Program-made: the position numbers and the translations under genes | Assembly: GCF_009914755.1 (NCBI RefSeq) | Contig: NC_060933.1 | Source: the human T2T-CHM13v2.0 reference genome, Homo sapiens | DNA: 64,000 nt | Reading direction: 5' to 3' (one strand) | The notes under the pieces: model-generated | The model's database searches: none | Seen by the model: only the letters and a program-made list of their open reading frames with translations | Told to the model about the DNA's origin: nothing | In this document: positions 48,047 to 64,000 of the stretch, piece after piece | Layout of the letters: every line of letters begins with the position of its first letter | Position numbering within the stretch: position 1 is the first letter of the stretch

Positions 48047-48497
48047 GCGTGGGAAAGTAGAAGGGACTTTGGACGTCTTCCAGAATGTCAAGAGTCTGCG
48101 GCTACAGAGGCTACACAAGTGGTCCAGACCCTGGAACCAGTATGAGCTCTGCTACAAGGTGGTGCAGGAATATATGGATGCATTCTCAGTTACGCCAACT
48201 TCAAGTAAGAGGCGACAAGGGCCCGTGGACCAGGAGGATTGCTTTTAATATTTTATAATAGTCTGTTTTGTTAGTTTACCCCAAATTGTGTATCTGTCTT
48301 GTAACTGTTTTAGAAATTGGTACATAGGTGGAGATTTTATAAGTAAATGTGTTAGCACTGATAGTCTTTTTTTCCAGTGTTTTTTTGGGGAGTTAAATAG
48401 TGTGATGTTTGGACCGATATCATGAAATCTTTAGCCTGGAAATTGGGCTGGATTGTTCTCTGGTTAATACATCTTTTCCTAAAGAAAAAAAAAAAAA
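48047..48497 (+). pseudogene. PTPRA: 5'-truncated processed pseudogene of PTPRA (C-terminal D2 tail, 3' UTR and poly(A))
   Basis: Translates to [39 protein letters not shown] (PTPRA as recalled: [48 protein letters not shown]); contains frameshifts; A-tail 48485-48497; 15-bp TSD agaaagtg(a/t)gctaac at 48032-48046 and 48498-48512. Confidence 0.92.
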
Positions 48498-48761
48498 AGA
48501 AAGTGTGCTAACATTGGTGAATGGCTCTTTATAACGAATTATACAACCACACTATCACGAAAACAGCTCAGCACTTCTGCCCACCTGCCCTGGGAAGAGC
48601 TACACTTCTCTGTGACTAAGAATGTTAAGTCATTAAAGTGACATTTTGGAGTTTCCCATGGCTCCCAAGTGTGTCACTGTGCGTTCAATAGTTTGAATGT
48701 TTATGATTCTTGAATGTAAAGCTCCCTGTGTACACCTCGTTGTACAATGTTAAGTACATAC

Positions 48762-48827
48762 TGAACATTGAGGAAGGGTGGCTTCTCTATTGTCCTCAGC
48801 TGGACTGGTGTCTCCAGTGAGGAACAT
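48762..48827 (-). CDS. C9orf153: C9orf153 first coding exon (exon 48853-48762; CDS MFLTGDTSPAEDNREATLPQCS, 22 aa, phase 0)
   Basis: Minus strand: polypyrimidine tract and acceptor ttttttag (AG at 48855-48854), cacgATG with A at -3, 66 nt of codons, donor tca|gtatgt. Peptide matches the N-terminus of C9orf153 as I recall it. Confidence 0.93.
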
Positions 48828-48979
48828 CGTGCTGGGATTTTATTCTCTAATTCCTAAAAAAAGCAATATGAGAAAAGACAAAAATCAAAGATTAAAAATC
48901 AGATAGAATACAAAGGGGGAGGTGAGACTTCTTAAATCTTAATAAATTTGTGAGTGGGACATTTTGAAAATTTTATACC

Positions 48980-49361
48980 TGTATTAGTCCATTCTTGAAT
49001 TGCTCTAAAGAAATATCTGAAACTGGGTAATTTATAAGAAAATAGGTTTAATTGGCTCATGGTTCTGCACACAGTCCAGGAAGCATGGTTGGGGAGGCCT
49101 CAGGAAACTTACAATTATTGGGGGAAGGCAAAGGAGAAGCAGGGCACGTCTTACATGGCCAGGACAGGAGAAAGAAAGAGCAAAGGGGGAAGTGCTATAC
49201 ACTTTTAAACAACCGGGTCTCATGAGAACTCACAATCATGAGAACAGCAAGGGGAAATCCTCCCCCATGATCCAGTCACCTCCCACCAGGCCCCACCTCC
49301 AACACTGGGGATAACAATTTGATGTGAGATTTGGGTGGGGACACAAATCCAAAGCATATCA
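48980..49361 (-). mobile_element. MSTA-like solo LTR
   Basis: tgtattagtcc...aaagcatatca; near-TSD atacc/ataca. Confidence 0.85.
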
Positions 49362-49509
49362 ATACAATTTAAACTTTTCATTTGCTTTTTCGTAGTTTAG
49401 GTCTGCCAAATTTGTCATGCTTCAACTGAGCATTTCACTGAAATACCCAAATTCTTCTACAACATGTGTATTTAGTTTTAATACTAGTGTAACAAATCCT
49501 ATATGGATG

Positions 49510-49855
<346 letters not shown>

Positions 49856-50039
49856 TGATCAACTTTCAGTTCATCTAAAGAAAAACTCACCCACCTCCTT
49901 ACACTCAAAAAGTGTTTTTTATTCAGGAGGAAAAGGCTCATATGTAATGATAATAATAAAAACAATAAATATTTTGAAAATAATTTACTTTGTGTCAGAT
50001 ACACTATAAGGCATTTTGCAGATGGAATTGTGTTTAATT

Positions 50040-50530
50040 TTTCTGCAAGACGTTAAAAATGGCCATGGAATCTCCACAATTCATCTCATTGATAAGTGGC
50101 AGTTAAGTTCTCTCCCACATTTTACTGGGCTGGCCTATGCTTGGCTTTGATCAATAGCTTGTGGCATTGTGTCAGTGACATAGTGTGAGTGCCAGAACCC
50201 AGACCTTAAGAGGCTTTGCGGCTTTCCTACACATTCTTGGGAGCCTGAGCCACCATGTAAAGAGAGATCTGGCTGCCTATCTGGAGAGACCATGCAGACT
50301 CAGCAGCCAGTATTGACCACTAGACATGTAGATAAAGCCATCTTGGTTCACCCAGCCCCAGACGAGCCTCCAGATAACTACAGCAGCATAAGCAACCTCA
50401 GCCAATCCCAGATGGAGAAGAACTACCTCCCAGCTGAGCAAGGCAACTCTAAAATTTTGACAAAGAGTAAATTATTATTGTTTCAAACCACTAAGCTTTG
50501 CATGAATTGTTATATAGCAATAAATACAGA
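50040..50530 (+). mobile_element. MLT1 LTR
   Basis: aaaaatggcc..tttcaaaccactaagctttg..ttgttatatagcaata. Confidence 0.65.
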
Positions 50531-50777
50531 TAAACCCCATAAAACTTCACATTCTTGGCTTAATTTATTCCAGTGAAACCCTTATTGGTAGGTAAGAGAA
50601 TATATGGATGGAAAATATATTTCTAGGTACAGGGTACCACTGTATCATGACTGGCAGCTGTGGTCACTGGGATGAGTGTCTGAGATGAACCAAAAACACT
50701 CACTTGGTATTTGGAATGAAGTGAAAACAATTATGTTTCTCTTCCTTCCTGAGTAAAGTAGAAAAACCCAGAATGGA

Positions 50778-50872
50778 TACACACACACACAAAAACACAC
50801 ACACACACATACACAAACATGGATATATATATATATATACATGTATGTATATGCATATATACATATATATAT
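50778..50872. repeat. (CA)n/(TA)n microsatellite
   Basis: Seen directly. Confidence 0.9.
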
Positions 50873-51902
50873 AAAATCTCAAATACATTTTTGTCACTAT
50901 TTGTCACTACTGAGATCACTATATTGATATACAGGACTAGAAAAGCAATACAGTGCAGCATGCCTGCCACAGACCTGTTTATCTCTAGGCAATTACAATG
51001 AGACTTGATTGTGCTTTCCTCCTGCAAAGGAAGGAAATTTTTTCTGCAAAGGAAAATATTTCTCTAATGTGCTTTACCTAAAACCTGTCAATGTCTTCCA
51101 GTCAATCATTGCTATTGTCTTTCAGACAGCTTCAGAGTTGTCCACCATAGGAAGGTTGCCTTCTCCCATCACCAAGGGTTAATAAATTTTCTCCTCCCTT
51201 CCCTCAGAGGAGGGAAAGATGTAATCTCTCGCCTCTCTCCCCTTTTCTCTCTCTCTCCCTGCCACCTCCCAATTTTAATCAGCAGTGCCAATATCCAACT
51301 TCAATGGCCAATCTCCAACTCTCTATACATGGAGTCAAAGCAATAGCTAAGAAATATGTCCTCATGTTATTACAATAGTATTGATGATGACAAGGAATGG
51401 AGCACAAATAAGTTTAGATTCTTGCTCATTCTCTTTGCTAAACTACCGTTGGGTGCATTTCCCTCTCACTGAAGTGTCAGGATTCCGAATGCTGAAACAG
51501 ATCACTAGCCGAAAATGCTTTTAGACACTTAAAGGTTGACTTGACTAGCAAACTTTTAACCTCAGTTTTTGCTTGATCCAAGTCAATGCCTAAATCTAGA
51601 CCAGCCCTTTGACCCAATCTCTCATGGAGAGTGTTCCTGGTGAAGTCATGGAAATATGGCCAATGGCCTGTTTACAGATTTGTGTGAGTAAAGTGAAGCT
51701 TTTGCAGGGGACTGTGGCACTTCTCTTCATCGTTACTCCCACAGATTCCTACAGTAAATTTTCCTTGTACTGTGAAGAGCAAGGGCGTCTCACAGAAACT
51801 CTCGGGGATGGTATCCTCTTCTCCATTTGCACTCACCCCCAACTTTTCACCCTTCCCTCCAAATCAGAAGGAAAAAAGTTCTCTCTGCTCATCTAATGTT
51901 AA

Positions 51903-53560
<1,658 letters not shown>

Positions 53561-53639
53561 CTATTGTGTCATATAAAAGGGAAACATAAATAACAGGAAA
53601 TGAAATAAAGGCTAAAAATTATTTAAAGAGAACTCAATT

Positions 53640-57730
<4,091 letters not shown>

Positions 57731-58208
57731 ATGATCTTGTTTTTGTTTAAAATACATCTATAGTGAAGGCTTATATATTCATTTTAAAATAGAGAACGAC
57801 ATACCCCAAGAGAGGGACTGCCCAAACAGTAGTCCCTAAGAGTTTGGGTTGCAGTGGAACTTTTACTTTCCTTGTATGTTTAAATTTTTCTTTCATGAAT
57901 TAGCATAGTAAGTAAAGAAGTAATTCCAAGTTGAATGAGAGAAGTTAGTATAACAAATGGCAGAGATGTGTGCTGAAATAGATCTCCAGAGATGTGAAAA
58001 AGGTAGTATGTATTTAAAGAAAAAAATAAGAAAAAATATCCAATGATGAGCTCATAATTGAACAAATTTAGAGAAATTACAAAACTGTACAGAAATGTTT
58101 AATGACAGGAAATTTTTAAAATAATATTTATACTAAACAAAAACAAATTATGAGAAGGTATCTGTAATATAATTCTATTTCTGTAAAAAAAAAAAACAAA
58201 CATATATG

Positions 58209-58495
58209 GGCCAGGTGGCTCATGCCTGTAATCCCACCACTTTGGGAGGCCGAGGAGGGCTGATCTCGAGGTCAGGAGATTGAGACCATCCTGGCCAACA
58301 TGGTGAAACCCCATCTCTACTAAAAATACAAAAAATTAGCCAGGCGTGGCGGCGCATGCCTGTAGTCCCAGCTACTCAGGAGGCCGAGACAAAGGAATCA
58401 CTTGAACCCGGGAGGCGGAGGTTGCGGTAAGCTGAGATTGTGCCACTGCACTCCAGCCTGGCGACAGAGTGAGACTCTGTTAAAAAAAAAAAAAA
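58209..58495 (+). mobile_element. AluSc-like
   Basis: TSD catatatg. Confidence 0.9.
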
Positions 58496-59279
58496 TCATA
58501 TATGATTCATTTAAAAATGTTAACAGTTCCATCTAGTGGTAAGATTATGAGAAATTTGTGTTTTCTTTCTTACAATTCTTTGCACTTTTATGTATTTTAC
58601 AATGAAGATTTATTACTTTTGCAATTAAAAAAGACACATTTTCAGATCAGCAGAAAGAAAAAAAAAGAAATGGATGAAGGCAGCTGTCTGTAGAAATTAC
58701 ACATCATAGGAGATTGCTTATAATGTTTCACTGAGGAGTTATAGTTTAGAGAAGTCCAAATAAGGTGGCTTATTGCACTCCCTGAAGGGCCTGGATGGCT
58801 GGACTGGGGCTCAGCAGCAAACCCTTACAGCCTGCCTGGGGCTAGAGGGGTAACTGGAAGTGAGTGCCAATGGGCACCATGCTTCTTTTGGGGCTGACAG
58901 AAAAGTTCTCAAGTTATATTGTTGGTTGAACAACTCTGTGAATTTACTAAAAATCACTGAATTGTATGCTAAAAAGAGTGAGTTTTATCTTAGGTAAATT
59001 ATACCTAAATAAAGCTGTTTTTAAAAGAAAACAAAAATCTAGTCAGTTACATTGTGATCTGCTTGAAGGAAAACTGTGTTAACAGAAGGGCCTTCCTGGT
59101 ATGTATAAAAGGGAATCTGGGCTGTTAGAATTTTCCAGGATGCACCCAGCACCACTCAGGGTAAGACACCCCGATGGTGGAGCAGTTCAGTGCCCTGAGC
59201 ATTATGTGTCTTATAGATAATGAAGGCACTGGTGCACACAAACTCGATGATACTGACCATTACTAAGAGCTATGAATAC

Positions 59280-59520
59280 TAGCTGATATTCTGTGAACAT
59301 TTACTATATGCCTTTATAATCATATGGTTCTAAGAACTTAAATATATTATCTGATTTGATCCACCCAACAACTTTCTGACACATGTACAATTATAATCCC
59401 CATTTTACATTTGAAGAAATTGAAACACAGACAAGGTAAGCACCCCTTCCCTAGCATCAAAGAGCTTATAAGTGGCGAATCTGAGATGAAACCAGTAGTT
59501 TGACATGAGAACCCACAGTT
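59280..59520 (-). mobile_element. MIR
   Basis: atccccattttaca..gaagaaattgaaacacaga. Confidence 0.6.
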
Positions 59521-59599
59521 TTATATATTATGCTATAGTGGATAAATATGATCTTGCCGCACATGCATTTCAGTGCAATTTAATTTGCTTTCTTCTTTT

Positions 59600-60230
<631 letters not shown>

Positions 60231-60660
60231 CTAATTTGCTTTTCTTTTGTGCCCCTACCCCCTCTCCCCTGGCTTCTCATATTAACGCTTTCATCAGGTA
60301 ACCTATATATTGAGCTTATTTTTTCTATGCTTATGGAGACAGCCCCCTCTTTGCTTTTCTTACTAATGATGGAAAGTCCACCAACTCACCTAGTATATAT
60401 ACCTCTGTTCATCATGAGTGCCGCCTTATATTATTTTTACAGGAACGTGTTCCGATTTCCACTTCAGCCCTGTCATTTAGCACATCCTAGGCCCTTCTGC
60501 CTGGGCACAAGCCAGAGATGCCAGGAGAGAACTGGGGCTGCATGTTCCAGGTCCTGCCCGGAGCTGGCCTGCGTGGTAGATACTCATCTTCTTTTCTCCA
60601 GGTGGGGGATCCCCATCTATTTCAGGGTGCTAAGAATAGCTTTGGTTGTGGGAGGGAGAT

Positions 60661-60840
60661 TGTTATCAAACTGAACTTGGGTCTGTGCCGAGCACAGCAA
60701 AGCCAAACACTGACATCATGATTGTAGCAAGAGAAAGTGAGGCATGTATTACAGGACGTCAAGCAAGGAGACTTGGGCGATTCTCATGCTTAAGAACCAA
60801 ACTCCCTGATGGCTTACATAGACAAGGTTTTATAGGAAAA
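60661..60840 (-). mobile_element. ERV1 LTR fragment
   Basis: tgttatcaaactgaacttgggtc..aaactccctgatggctt. Confidence 0.5.
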
Positions 60841-60859
60841 GTCGTACATTTCGTTGTTT

Positions 60860-63048
<2,189 letters not shown>

Positions 63049-63243
63049 TGAAAAGCAGGCTGCATCTCACAATCAGTTGGTCTCACAGTTGATGTTGGCC
63101 CAGTGGCCTCAAGACTAGTTCCTATGGCCTAGATCTGCATGAAGTTGGACATAGCTGTTCATAAGGCCATCCATTCACCTTATATATACACACATTATGG
63201 AGTGTACAAGTTGAGTTTAATTGCTTTCAAGTGCTTTCTAGAT

Positions 63244-63685
63244 CTGTACCATCCAATATGGTAGCCACTAGCCAAATGTGGTTACTGAGAGCTTGCAGTG
63301 TGAGTAGTCCAAATTGAGATGTGCTGAAGTATGAAAACAGAATGAAAAGTATCTCATTAGGGATTTTCATATCAATTACATAAAGATAATATTTTAGATA
63401 CATTGAGTTAAATAAAATATAGCGTTAAAATTAATTTTGCCTGTATCTTTCACCTTTTCTCTTTTAAAATAATTTTTTTTGTAGAGACAGGGTCTTGCTA
63501 TGTTGCCCAGCTGGTCTCCAACTCTTGGCCTCACATGATCCTCCCACCTCAGTCTCTTATAGTGCTGGGATTACAGATGTGAGCCATTATGTTGGCCTCT
63601 TTCACCTTTTCTAATGTGGCTACCTGGAAGATCACATTAAAATCACATCAGTGACTTGCATTCTATTTCTATTGGACAAGGCTGA
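63244..63685. mobile_element. MER3/MER33 hAT-Charlie DNA transposon with an Alu fragment at 63470-63597
   Basis: ccaatatggtagccactagcc start and ctattggacaaggctg end. Confidence 0.7.
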
Positions 63686-64000
63686 TCTCAAAGATAACAC
63701 TGATTTAGTAGTGGTCATGGTAGGCACTGAATACGGCAGCAGATGTATGATAAAAACCAATGCCTAAATAGATCTAAAAGAGCTCTTCTTCTCTAAAACA
63801 AAGTAGATATAAAATAAAAATTATAAGTGATTACAGAGCATGTCAGAGTTTAAATGGGAGTGTGTTCTTTCTTGGCGAATGAATACTTATGAAGATCTGT
63901 GCACCCCAAACCCAGACGAAGAATATCGGGAACACCACTGAAGCCTTCTGTCTCCATCCTCAGTTCCATCTTTCTCCCTCCCTAATCCCAGGGATAACCA

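Noticed and set aside
48980-49361. MSTA LTR as a spliced alternative promoter for C9orf153
   Set aside because: Orientation fits, but the usual MaLR donor is mutated (cag|atattt rather than cag|gtattt); no sequence support. CAGE data would be needed.

Overview
Human genomic DNA: roughly 55 Alu copies, L1s and MaLR/ERV LTRs, plus a human-specific AluYb8. No prokaryotic features, CRISPR arrays, tRNAs or rRNAs are visible. The only protein-coding gene is the 3' part of C9orf153 on the minus strand (recalled locus 9q21.33, between GOLM1 and ISCA1); its first non-coding exon appears to lie beyond the right edge. The 101-aa protein I recall is rebuilt exactly from exons 48827-48762, 47254-47079 and 46620-46557, and its C-terminus is Alu-derived. 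Main result: the sequence also holds an intact longer reading frame with stronger splice sites (48827-48762 + 47254-46768 + 40961-40723 = 792 nt, 263 aa) and its own poly(A) signal, which may be the ancestral or main product. Other notable items: a TSD-flanked PTPRA retrocopy inside a C9orf153 intron, a MER41B LTR with two intact GAS/STAT1 sites, an Alu with a twin-priming-type 5' inversion, a tail-less internal L1 ORF2 insertion, and a strong CTCF motif. Almost all other ORFs in the track are Alu, L1 or microsatellite translation noise. Repeat family names come from memory of consensus sequences and boundaries are approximate; no database search was run.
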